NCBI GenBank assembly: GCA_000708835.1
Contig: DF236960.1
Span: forward strand, 25,807 to 89,806
Length of the DNA: 64,000 nucleotides
Origin: Klebsormidium nitens
Lineage: Eukaryota; Plantae; Klebsormidiophyceae
Reading direction: 5' to 3'
Positions within the stretch are counted from its first letter, which is position 1. Every line of letters starts with the position of its first letter. This document shows, piece by piece, positions 1 to 12,294 of the stretch. Made by a program: the position numbers and the translations under genes. A model generated the notes under the pieces. That model worked only from the letters and a program-made list of their open reading frames with translations, did not search any database and was not told the origin of the DNA.

Positions 1-250
1 CCTCTCCTTCACCTTCAGCCCATCCTCTTGCCCTGATCTTCAAGCTTGATACTCGCAAGATCCAAAGCAGGTCTCTTTTTTAACCAGTTGCTCAGCAAAG
101 GACTCGCCGTTGTTTGCGGCATCACAGCTTTCTTTCAAGCCGAGACGTGCTCCTGACGATTGCTCCTGAGAGACCTGAGCCAATTTGTCCTACATTGTGA
201 AGCAAGCAAAAGGAAAGTCTGATTGACAAATTGTTCTCCTCCCCTTGCAG

Positions 251-3200
251 CGCAAGCATTGGGCCTGCCTTTCCTGACGCCCAGCCTCACGCCGAACGGA
301 AACTTTTACCAAGGCGCCAGCTTTGCCTCTGCCTCCAGCGGCCGTTTCAATGACACCGGGGACTCGGACGGCTTCCGAGGGATCCCTCTCCTCAAGCAGG
401 TAAGAAGCCTGCATGACATAGTTTTGCGCTCTCATCCGGGGTTTAGCGGTTCCGAACGTGGACATCGACGTGCATTCAATTGGGGGGGATCCAGCTGAGG
501 CGTGGAGATGGGTTCATTCGGTTCATCCATTTGGTTCATCCATTCTGTTCATTTTGTTCATTAATGCAATTACTTCGTTCAAAGGGTTGCCGATCGCTGC
601 CCCCAAAAAAACACCTCCTTCAGCAATCCTGTGCAAGATGCATCAAACATTGTGATCTTCCTTTGTATTAGGGAGTCCCACCTCAAGCGGATTGGAGAAA
701 ATTGGCGTCGTAACTAGCATGTCAGGTCGTTCCACTGTAGATTCGCCTGGACGTTTGCCCCAGCGTAGAGACGGGATATCGGAAGTTTCACTGTGCGTCG
801 TCAGCATATGCTCTCTTGAATGCGTTCTTTCTCCTAATCAAGTTTCCACAAAACCCTATGGTTCATTTTGTTGTCTGCCAGTTCCCTGACTGTGTTGCCG
901 TCAATGACTACACATCTGGTCGTCCATTTGACATGGTTGCAGAATCTTTCTCTGTAGCGCTTTGCTCCCCAAAGTGCTTGCAAGCTTCATGATCTGAACA
1001 CCGCTCAATGTGGAGATCTCCCTTTACAAATCTTCCTTTCGTTTCATTCTCTGGCAGCGGGGAGAGCCCATCAATCACGTTTGACCACAGTCTGTGCTTC
1101 TAAGACCTCCGTGAATCTTCCTCCCCCCTCACAGGTCGACAACTTTATCCAGTTCCAAGCAGATGCGAGAGCCTACTGGGCAGGTTTCAACTCGACCTAC
1201 CCCCCCGAAAGGATCCCCCGTTACCCGATGCCGGAGTTTTTCAGCCGGGCGATTTACATGGTCCAGTCAGGGGGAAACGACCTTCTGAATTTCAGGAATC
1301 AGGGCTTGACACCAGCGGACATCCCTGCTTTCGCTACAAACATGACGGCCGTCTACGAAACTTTCGTGCGGGTAAGCCTTCTGCCTCGCTCATGATTGGA
1401 GGCGTTTATAGAAAGCCCGCTGTGAGATGTGGGAAGTCGGGCGCTTGGGGAAAAGTGCGTTTCGAACTTAACATCAGGGAACACGTTTGCAATTTGCTTG
1501 ATGCATCTGCAGTATGAAGAGCTTTGCTTTATGTGTCCGCAGTCATTGAGGCTCTTCAACCCCGCAACGTCCTGACCACTGTCTCGGAATCTACGTGTTG
1601 AAGCTTTTTCCTTTCGGAAAAGTTGTTGACTATTCCGAGGTTTGGTGCGTTTGAACACTCCTCTTAAGCTGACTCCGGCGAAACCTCGCAGACAACTTCG
1701 AACATGACGTGTGGTGCTTGGTCTGGTTCTAGAGCTTGGCGGACAGCTGCGCATTCGAAGCAGACTGGACTTACGCGCAGATTTATGCTGAGATGGAGCG
1801 GTTTGATTGAGTCCTCGCTTTTGACGCGCTTAGAGCTGCTGCTGTTCTGGCAAAGCTCCATAGACCATAAGCACAGTACGAGATCGTCGAGCGACACCTC
1901 TGAAAGGAGTTTGATGGACACATTGCAGTCGGACTGTACGGATCAACCCTGCGGTCTACTGTGGTCTACTGAATTCAAGTAACTCCTTTATAGGCGTTTG
2001 TAGGGTACTTGTCAGATAAAGCCTATTCAGATGTATGCTTGCCGAATCCACACTGATCATTTTTGATTGCCCCCCTGCATTCGAGAGCTGGCAATTCTCT
2101 GGTCACAGTGGTTGGGCTCAACTGGAAACCCGTTCTGGACTCAAAAAAGAACGTTCGGAACCGGAACCCAAATCAATTCTTATCTCTTGCTCCTTTGCAG
2201 GCGCTAAATGCAACGTTAGCCCGCAAGTACGTCGTTACAATGCTGGCCTGAGCTGGAAACCTGGTTCGGTTCTTCTCTTTTCCCCCCTTAACCCGCAAAA
2301 CAAACCCACTTTGATTATAAACGCTTGCTCCCCTGCAGGCGCTTTATGCAACGGGAGCCCGCAAGTTCTTCATCATGAACATCGGCCTCTTTGGCTGCAC
2401 CCCACTCTCCATACGCAACAACAACGGTTCCTGCGGGTGAGTTTTCTTGCTGAATCAGCCGAGCTCTTAATTTCGTCATCGCTGGCCTTCCTTTGTGCTC
2501 TCATCTTGCTGTGCAAGGTCTCCTTGGTTCGATCTCCTAGGACTCAATGCGGGTCCCCTTGTCTAGGGCCGCCCGCTTCCCTGTGCTTCTTTTCGGTGCT
2601 TCGTCTCAGCGTGAATAATGAATCACTTTGTTACTGCGCTGCAGTTGTTCTGTTGGTGTCCTTCTCTTGTGCTTCCTTCTTCTGTTCCTTGGGTCCGGAT
2701 TTGTTCACCCTCCATCTTGCTTCGGGGTTGTGTTCAATTTTGTTTGAAATCTGATCAGTCCGTGCTTGGTTTTGCTTTGGATCACAATTTTCATTCTACG
2801 CTTCGTCTCCGCCCCTCGCTTCGCTCTGTGCTCCCTTCAATTGGCTCCGAATGCATTGGTTCTGCTCGTCTCAGGACCGCTCCGCCTTTGCTTCAAGGTT
2901 GCTTCTATCTGCTATGCTTTGGTATGAGCGAATGGTTCCGCTTTGCCGGCATAGCGCTCTCGCTTTGTCCGCTACCTCAGTACTCGTGTTCGCTCCCCTA
3001 CTTCGCCGTTCTTGACATGTTGGCGTTTCGTTGGTCCACCTAGCAAATCAGTCGTCAACTAGGATTCTGAAAGCTGGAGTTATGGTGTCAAAGAAACAAA
3101 CGGGCTCGTGGTATACGTAGTGTTTGACAGCCAACTATCAGGAAAGGAAGCTGGTTGGTCGTGAATGGAGACAAAAAGTTAGTCATTGTCTGTAACAGAT

Positions 3201-5835
3201 ACAGAATGTTATTCACCAAAAATCCTGACACTTGCGGAGAAATGTGCATTGGTCATACATGCCAGTAGCTGCTTCTAGCAAGCTGCTACATGCTCTGTGC
3301 GTCGGTAGACAATCTCGGCAAGGTCTTTCCAGTCGCAGAAGCCCAAATAGACTACACGATTTCTGCACCATGCCGAAAGGCAGGAAACTAGCTGGGTTTG
3401 CTAAAGAACAGTATACGGGAATTTTAACCTCGGTTCAAAGAGCAGGAAATTGGTGGTTATTCTCCCGTCCAACCGACCAAACACGTCTTTCGAACAAGAG
3501 TCAAAGACTGGTTTCTTGAAACCCGCTTTCTTTGCAGGGTTCTTACCAACGCGCTCTGTTCGAACATCGTCAACCAGACGACGGCGCTCAACTCTCGGCT
3601 GTCGACACAGCTCCTCAACTCCAGCTTCGTCCAGGGGGACTTTTACCAGTTTAATCTGGACGTTTTCAACAACCCGGCCGCGTTTGGTGAGCCGAAAGGC
3701 AAATGCTTTGCGCCTTCTTCCGCATACAGTGTCAACAAAGTGATTCAGAGTATGGCAGTTTATGCTTGTGTACCAAAAACGAGGACGCACGTAACAAGCT
3801 CTGGTCATCCGGCAGGAGATTGGCTGGCTCCTGCCTTGACGTACGCTTTCGGAAGCTGCCCTGCAAATGGTCGTTAAATGCGTGTAGGTTTTGCCACTTT
3901 TCTTGCCTTGAAAGTCGACGAGTCTACGTCACAATGTTTCAAAGCAGCACACAATCTGTCGCCTTCGTTAAGCCGATAGGAAAGCCGCATCCTGCACACT
4001 TGACAAAACATTGGACATGAAACGAGTCTATTCATTGGTGCCAGTTCAAGTTCAGAACAATCTATCGATAGGCCAAAGGGAGTGTACGTAGTAGTGCCAT
4101 CTCGATCCGTTCTCATTGTCGACTCTCAGCCTGCAAGTGTTGAGTAATGATCGGTGTCGGCCTTTCTTTCGTTCTGCAGGGGTGGTAAACGCAACTGGGG
4201 CGTGTTGCGGGTCAACTACGTTATCGGTGGGTTACCGACCACGGGTCAAGCTTTAACTGGTTTTCGCTGCATTGCCGTGGTGAAGTAAGCACGGGAGCGA
4301 TTCGCGAATGTCGATCGCCGCACCCGGATTATCCCCAGTTTCGTGTGCAAGTTTCCTGCAGATTCCCCGGGAACTGGGCTTGTGCTTTTGAAAGGAGTGT
4401 CTGGAAGAATGTTTGGCTGACTCCACGCATCCCATAATGTCTTGTTGGCCACCGGAACGTTGCCGCTGCTACACGCATCCACTGTTACAAAAAAAGCGTT
4501 GGTCAAATGAAAAAGGGGGCGTCAGGCGACCATCTAGCTGAGCCTCCGCTCTCTCAGCCGCTCAAAACGGCACGTCTGATAAATTCGTAACGAGACTAAG
4601 TCACCTTTCGAGTAGGTTTGTGTTGCCGCAGAGCCACTTACGAAGAAGAACGCCTTCTTTAACCCTGCCCATAAGCCCTTGAAGAAGCTTGTTTTGGAGC
4701 AACTTCCACAATGCTGTCATTCGACGAAGTCGCTCATGTTTTCGTCATCTCTTTGCAGTGCCCTCAGTTGGCGCTCGCGCTTGCGAACACCACGGCCCCC
4801 TACAACGGGCCCGTGCCTCTCTGTCCGGTGAGTGGCCGGAACACCAACGGAAACGGAATCCTTGTTCTGCCAGAACGCCAGCTGCCACGGAATCTCTGTC
4901 GGGGATCAACTCTTATACAACAGAACTTGGGCACACTTGAATCCAGCATCAAGTGAGATGGAACCATCTGGATAAGGATCGCCTTCATATACAAATAAAT
5001 ATGACGAACGACTGTCCTTTAAGCGGTCTCATCTCGCACTGACAACGCCTTTGCCGATCTTACGCTGCAGAATCCAAAGGAGTACCTCTACTGGGACACG
5101 ACACACATGTCAGGTGAGCCCGCATGTTCCGAGCGGGAATTATGCTCGTATCTTCGCAATTGATTCGATCAAACCTAAATTTGTCAGGATTGGGAGGTGA
5201 AAGCTTTGGGACGTTGTTTCTGCCGTTCTGGTCCTCTGTTTGATATGTTTACTGGCCATTTAAGCTGGATTCTGCAAGTCAACCTCGATTCTGTCGATCT
5301 GCACATCTCTTTCTGACGTGCTTCGATCAACAAAGAGTAGCCAGTCAACGTTCAGGCTTCAGGCTATAAGACGGAGTAGCCGCTTAAGCCTCTCAAGCGT
5401 TTCGTTCCTTCTAAGCAGCAGTCAACTTCAGAGATATTCCTCACGAAACTTGCAGTACTTTGCTGACTGCTCGAGCCAGCACCGTGGTTGACAAAACCGG
5501 TCCCATCCTGTGTCACGTTCTGCTTTGACGGACATCTTGATGAAACGTGTGGTGGGCAATATCAAGGTCAACATTAATCACCCGCCATTCTTGAAGTCTT
5601 GCCATCATTTGTGCAATGATGGTACTTGGGAAGCGTCTTGTGCAAATGTAGCTTTTTGGGCGCTTTTGAATTTGCGAGGCATTGCCATCTGGTAGTCTGA
5701 AGGTTCTTACTCGTTATCTTTACAGAGTCGATGACCCGAATCCTAGCTCACGACATCTTTGGAGGGTCCAAGTACGGGAAGCCAAAGAACATGTTGCAGA
5801 CCTTCATTCTTCCCGACTTGCTAAATCTCCAGTAA
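251..5835 (+). CDS. GDSL/SGNH-family esterase/lipase, 5'-truncated by the window edge (8 exons visible)
   Basis: Phase-consistent GT-AG exons 251-399, 1135-1371, 2339-2436, 3538-3686, 4180-4226, 4759-4827, 5071-5113, 5726-5835. They encode block II (ALGLPFLTPSL..GASFASASSG), block III (SGGND), LYATGARKF..GCTP, DFY..NPAAFG, GACCG, and block V YLYWDTTH (catalytic D-x-x-H), ending at TAA 5833-5835. The GDS(L) block I lies upstream of the window. Confidence 0.9.
2185..2251 (+). repeat. Degenerate copy of the acceptor and 5' end of GDSL exon 2339-2436 (exon-boundary echo)
   Basis: ttgcag|GCGCTAAATGCAACGTTAGCCCGCAAGTAC (2201) vs the real ctgcag|GCGCTTTATGCAACGGGAGCCCGCAAGTTC (2339). The copy hits TGA at 2249-2251. 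Confidence 0.8.
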
Positions 5836-7186
5836 TCAACACGCTCGGTCTCACATAATCGCCTTACGAAGGCGTGCAACCAAACAAGTGGTGTCGCCGC
5901 GTTGACTGATTGGTTGCAAGTCATGCACATAGTGTCAAGCGTAGTGAGTATAACTTGTGTCGGGCGGTAAGAAACATGAGTCAAGCAGAAAGGTTGTCTA
6001 AATATTTGAAAGGGGTGAAGGTGGGTGTTAAGAAAGGCACGCTAGATATCGATCGGTGGTATTATTAGCGAGGTCAGGCAAATCTTCCGTAGTAGAGCGG
6101 CCACTTTGCGCGTGCTGCGCCTAATTCCTCAGCAAGTTGATAGTATACTAACTTAAGACGGTTGCATGTAGTAAGCCTGGTGAACCCTGATGTTGCGTGC
6201 GCTTCATGCAAGATCTACATGTTGGAACATGGTCGATTGCATTTCGAAATACATGTTGGGCTTGATCAGTGGGCGGCAAATCTTTGGCAGAGTTCATGCA
6301 CATGTTCAGTTTACAATATACATCCACCTCCGATCCCGTATTAGACCGGACATTGGAAGACAATTGGGCACGGCAGATTGAGCTTGCATGACACGCCACA
6401 TGTGAGAGCACGTTTTGAACATGCTCGGAGCTGGACGCTAGACCCTGGCATATCTTGTTTATTGCTAAATCTTGCCCGGCTTGTGAGCCGAACTTGAAAA
6501 TTGCATTCAAGGATCCGTGACGTTGAAGCCTTTATACAATTTGGCCAGCACTGCCGGCCCTGGCATATTTACCAGTTGGGTGGGAGGTTAGTAATACTAA
6601 TATAAAACGGCTGAAGAGTCCGACGCTGGTACCGACGTGGCACCCCGCGCAACGAGAGCTGCCCGGTTCAGCCGTTGCTACCGCGGGGCTGGCCGTCCCG
6701 GGCTCGATCCTGGGGCGATTAATCTGTTGAGCTGCCAAATTACGTAGTAGTAATATGTCTTCGATCCGGCCGGCCGCCGGACCAGCTCACCGGGGCTCTG
6801 TACCCGGGGCGCGCCGGGCGGCCTGCTCGGGCGCAGCAGATCTTGGGATCCGGCAGGTAATGTACCATGTGCCCGCTCGAATATCAGAAGCTCGTGACCT
6901 GGCATGTCTTAAGCACGTCGAATCAGGGATGGCCGGGTGGCAAAGTGCGGGGAATCTTCTAACTGCCGAACTTCCAGCTGACACCAGCTTTAACCGCCAA
7001 AACGCACCGGGTACGTACCCGGGGTCGATACCGCTCGTAACCGCCAGCAATTTGGCAGTAGTACGGTACGTACTCGTCGAAACAAAGCTACCTGTGCGCG
7101 AGCACGGTGTCAGCCTAAATCCAGGTTCACTGCAACTTGACACACCCGCCGAGAGTGCCGTGCCTGATCTTGTATCATACAATGTA

Positions 7187-7452
7187 CCGTAGAGACATTG
7201 TCCATTCGCACTAAAATAATCCATTTTCAGGCGTAGCGAAAAAAATAAAATTATGGAGAGGTGCAGGTGCGAAAATGCGAAACTAAGGAAAAACTTGTTG
7301 AGACCCGATTCACTAGCACAACAAGGCAAAAAACGCCTAGAAACGGCTACTGCGAAAATTTTGTTATTATCGTCGAACCTGGTGCGGAATGAAAAATCTT
7401 TCATAAATGATTATTCGCACCAAGGTGGTGCGAATGGACAATGTCTCTACGG
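7187..7452. mobile_element. MITE, Tc1/mariner(pogo)-type non-autonomous DNA transposon, 266 bp
   Basis: Perfect 25-bp terminal inverted repeats CCGTAGAGACATTGTCCATTCGCAC (7187-7211) and GTGCGAATGGACAATGTCTCTACGG (7428-7452), flanked by TA at 7185-7186 and 7453-7454. AT-rich interior, no transposase. Confidence 0.85.
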
Positions 7453-9180
7453 TATGCTCGTGTGTACGCGTGCGACGTGTACTGTGTACACCTAGGTACT
7501 CGTGTGTACCGGTACTCAGTTTACTTATACCGTACACGAATTGCATACCGTGCGGCATGCGCACTTTGAATGGAAACCGAGAGTCACGGACGAAGTCAGG
7601 AGGGGGTCAATTTTCAAAAGCTTTGGTAGGGTGAACCTGGGCCATTTTGCTGGCTGTGGCTGCATGGACGGGGAGTCGAACAACGATGGTTGATGCCTGG
7701 ACACCTGGACAGCTCAAAGGGGACACCGTTGGTGGTGGTTAGACCGCTCTAATGGCGGCGCGAAGGGATTTGTGATAGGGCGTGCCGAACGGGGGTTTGG
7801 CTCTCTGCTTCTCTGTGGCCATATGGTATTTGGGAGATGCTTCAAGGCGAGGGACGGTGGCGGTTTCAGGTTGGTGACCCATTGCTCGTTATGTATCTTC
7901 TTCTCTCCGGCTTGTCTTTGCATGCCAAAGTCTGTGTTTGGGTGCTGGTCTTTCTTAGGCATGGGTGTTTGGGTTGCTGGTCATGGGAAGGGGCACCTTT
8001 TCCATGGGGCAGGTGCGGAAAGAAAGGGCCTGGGTGGTCTTCTTGAGCTGTAGCAGACACCAAGGACTAAGGTTCTTTGCAAGTCATTCTGAAAGAAGGG
8101 CCGTGAGGGAAAGTGGTACCAACTGCGCTGCTTGTTGGATGGACTGATGAGCATCAGGGCACCGGTGCTTTGGGAACTGTTGAAGCAGTTGAAAAGCTCC
8201 TGTCGGCTCTTCGCAGCTTTCCAGAGCTGGCCGTTTTTGACTTTGAATGCGTATGCGCGGTAGAATCGCGACTTTCTATTAGCTGCATGCTGCTGTTTGC
8301 ATTCCGTGTGTTTGCCTTTGGCTGCTTAACATTATGCGCTTGTCATTCGACCAAGCGACCGAGTTTTGGCATGGGTCAGAGTTTCCTGATATGGTCACTG
8401 TGTCTTGCTGCACTCTCCTGAATGTCCTTTGCACTTTGAGGATTGATTGGCTCCTCTATTCAATGTTTGGAAGTGTACCGTTCTTCCGGCACCAGGTACA
8501 GCTACCGGTTTGAGAAAGCAGTTCTATAAAATAGTCATATGTAGAAATGATGAGGGTCTTCGTTTGGTTGGTTGGATTGACCTTCTCAGCTAAAAGCGAC
8601 ACTTGGCCTCTGATATCAGCATGGTGTGTCCGAGGCCAACCAAAGAAACGGGCTGATAATAGCTTATCTGAACCAAGATTAAAGCATGAGGGAGTTGCTC
8701 CATTTGATCGTGGAAAACACCGCAAAGAAGAGGAGGGTGCAAGGTTCTCAGGTGGCACAATTCGAGTGCTCTTTTGATCATTGTTTCAACTGGCAGTTGA
8801 TGAAAATGCCACAGGCAACCAGCGATTGAGGCTTGACCAACAGTGGTCTGTGTTTTCTTTTGCAGGACAATACGGGGAGATATTGGCACCCCTTGCTAGA
8901 TTTCAGGACAACCGCTGTGTCGTACAAGTGCGCTGTAGTCATTCTGGTATTGAGCTGAGGTCACTGTCTAAGGCGGTTGTTCTGCAGCTGCTAAACACTG
9001 GTGCAAACTCTGGTTCAAACCTTGGTTTCAACCCCTTGACAACCTTACACCGTAGGGCGCCGAATACTGGCGCAGAAACTAAAAGACGGTCAGCCCAGCA
9101 TTTAAGATTGGTTGAGCAAATTATGATGAACAGCTGATCAAACTTTAGTTTAACCCAGCGGTCAACCTTGTTAATCAGGG

Positions 9181-12100
9181 ATGCCGCCAGCTCAGATGAA
9201 CGGCGCCGGGGGTGGCCCTAGCAAGGCTTATGCATTGGTGTTGAATCGAGTGGGGACGGAAACTTCCAATAGGCGGAAAGCGCGGTCAGATATCAGTGTA
9301 GGCAGCCAGGAGGCTATGGTAGGCGCTCAGGAAGGTGCGATTGGAGCTCAAAGTGGTCGCATAGCAGATGGGCGCGGAGCAATAGGAGCTCGTGACGAAG
9401 AGGCGGGCGGGGCAGCTTCGGGGGGGGCGCCGCGGGCAGAGAATGGCTGGGCGGAAGAAACCCCCAGAGCGTGGCGGAAGGGGGTTTCAAGAATAAGGGG
9501 GGGGGCACCAAACGCAGGCGCCTGCGGTTTGGGTTACAGTGAGGCGGAGAGCCTGAGTGATATTGCCTCCTCTCAGAAAGAGGATCGGGGTGTAGATGCA
9601 GCTTCCAGTCAGAAACGGGAGGCAAGAGCAGAGACGACTTCCAATCGGAATGGAGGAGGGCCTTTAGAAGGCCTCTCCAGTCAGAAAGGGGCGTTGGGGT
9701 TAGAGATGACTTCCATTCAAGAGGTGAGACGGGGAGTAGAAAGGGGCGGGGGTCAGAAACCAGTTAAAATAGTAGAGAACTTAACCAGTCAGAACCCAGA
9801 AAGAGGACCAGATTCCCCGTCTAATCAAAAAGAGGGGGCCAGTCCAGATATTCGCACAGACGCAAGAACTTCCAGGCTAGCCGACAGTCAAGTCAACCAG
9901 CCTAGCCCACTGGTCGAGCTCTCAGACAGCGCCACCTGTCAGTCTGTTGCTGGTTCCGACTCGGACGAGACCCCCCGGCCGCGGAGCGGGGAGAAAGCCT
10001 CAACGTCCGAGCACTCGTTTTCCGGGCCCGAGAGCATGGACTACGGGCGGCCAACGAGAAGGGGGGGGCGACACAAGCTCCGGTTTCTGGGGGCAGTAAA
10101 GCAGCGGATCAAGCGCGCGTTCTCGTTCTCGCTCCCGCGTGCGGCGGCGCTCGACGAAGTGCTCTGCGGGTTGCAAGAAGCAAACGGGGGGCAGCCGGTC
10201 CCCGAGGTCCTGAAAGGGGACATCCGCGAGCATTATGAGAAGCTGCCGGTCGCGTACGCCGAGGCGATCTTCCCCCCCGACGAGGTTTTGCTCCACATGC
10301 GTTTGTTGCACGAGGCTGCGCAGCACCCCGAAAGCGCGCCCCTCTTACATTTGTCCTCGTTCCAGACCTACTCGGGCTTCCTTTCCCTCCTCTCGTCAAA
10401 GAAAGCCAGGAAGCAGTTGAACCGGCGGGCAGCTTCCATGACTCTCGAGCGGCGGGCGCCGAACCGAAACCTCTCACTTAATGACCTGGTTAGTGCTAAC
10501 CAATCCCTGGGGGCCGGGGTTTCGTCGGAGTCGCCTTCGGAGAGCGGCTTCTCTCCGTCAGAGGCGTCGGTAACGTCAACCGAGGAGGACTTTTTGACGG
10601 ATGACGTCAGCTGCGAGACCGTGATGCACTCGGTTGTGTACGCTGACGTCAGCCCGGTCAACGCGGAGGAGCTGACGGGAGTGCTTCGGAAACGGGGGCT
10701 GAAAGTGAAGAAAGCGAAGGCTTTCCCGGTCGCAGGGGGCGCGACGCTCGGGATGCTCCTCCTCAAAGGGGGCGTGGCGCACGATCTCCGTGCGACGATT
10801 CGAGGGGGGTTTGCGGAAGCGCGCGAGCTGTCGAAACCTAAGCTGAAACTGACGATCCCGCACCCCCCAGGGATGGATTCACTAACCCACGTGTTGAAAC
10901 AAGGGTTTGGGCGCACGGCGAGCACCGGCCGGTTGGCGGCGGGGGGGAGCGACTCCCCTCGGTGGGACTTTGGAGAGATTGAGCAGTGGATCTCTGAGTC
11001 TGGGTTAGAGGGGGGGTCAGTGGAGGAAGAAACGGAGAAGACGGTCAAGGGGATCGAAAACATGATGTCGGGGAAGGGGCCAATGGGGTGCTGGCTGCTG
11101 GACCAGAAGCAGTTACAGGTGCGGAACAAACTCTTTTCTTAGGCCGGATTTCAGAAAAATTGTGCGGATCTTACTGAATGGATTCTGTCAAGCTTACTGA
11201 ATGGAGACTGTCAAGTTTTGTGGGTTTCTGATAATTGGGTGTTCTGGGGAAAGTTGGGAACGGGACAGCTGGAAGCTATTTGTTACTGAGATGTTGTTGC
11301 CGATGCACTGAATAGTGTGCATCAAAAATTCAAAGAGGTGCGCTTCTGAGCAGAGGCAAACAACCGAGATTACGGGCGGGCGGCAATCAGTGTTTCAACG
11401 AGGAAAGGTTCTATTAAATGGTCTTTCCAACGATCTCACAAAGGGTCGAAACGTCAAGTCTACTTGGGAACAAAGCTGGTGATGTCAGATGTGATAAAGA
11501 CAAGCTTGTACCCTCCCTTCAACGACACTAAACTTCTTAGCTGCACTTGTTTTGCAGATGGGGGAGAAATTCGCGGACGGAGCATCGGGGGAGGTGTACC
11601 GGGCCGTGTATAAGGGGGAGGAGGTCGCGGTGAAGGTGCTCCGGGGGCGCTTCGGCAGCTCGGCCCAGGTAAGACATCCGGTTACTCTGCTGTGAGACCC
11701 TCGGATCAATTGTTGCGTGATACCCCCGCCGTCTTGTTGGTCCGACTCATTTGGTCAAGCCTCGTCGTTGCTTTGCAACGAGGTGCTTCGGAGTCGTTTT
11801 CGTGGTCGGATCGTCAAACTGTTACTTGTCTGCTGTTGACAGCCCTTCTTTGATTCGGACTGGGACAGATTCTCCAGATTATTGAGACCCATTCTGGCCC
11901 ACTTTTCGCGCTTGAGTTTGTCGTCCCGCTTTGATATTGCGGGCGTCTTTCGAGGGTATAGACTGCACCTGAGAACATTGCTGGAAGTGGCTCGAGGGGC
12001 TCTCCACCTGTTTGGTGCTCAGCCTTCACCTGGCAAGAAGTGGCGTCCTCAGCTTGGTTTACCATAAACCTCGCCCTTAACCCATTGTCACCCCATTCAT

Positions 12101-12253
12101 CTCTGCACCCCTTCTTGCTGGTCAAATGCCTCCGAGTCAGTTCCAAGCCGTTCCCCAGGGCAAGACCTCGACGAAGTTCCAGCAAGAAGTGGCGGCCGTC
12201 AGTCTTGGCCACCGCAAGACCCACCTTCAATCCGTAATCTTCCTTAATCCCTT

Positions 12254-12294
<41 letters not shown>

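Noticed and set aside
8545-8615. ATGATGA...CTGA suggesting a box C/D snoRNA
   Set aside because: No convincing terminal stem or recognisable rRNA antisense element; such short boxes occur by chance.
9314-11129. Long antisense and alternative-frame ORFs over the kinase first exon (e.g. 10368..11129 minus)
   Set aside because: Shadow ORFs of GC-rich coding sequence with no motifs or splice chain of their own.
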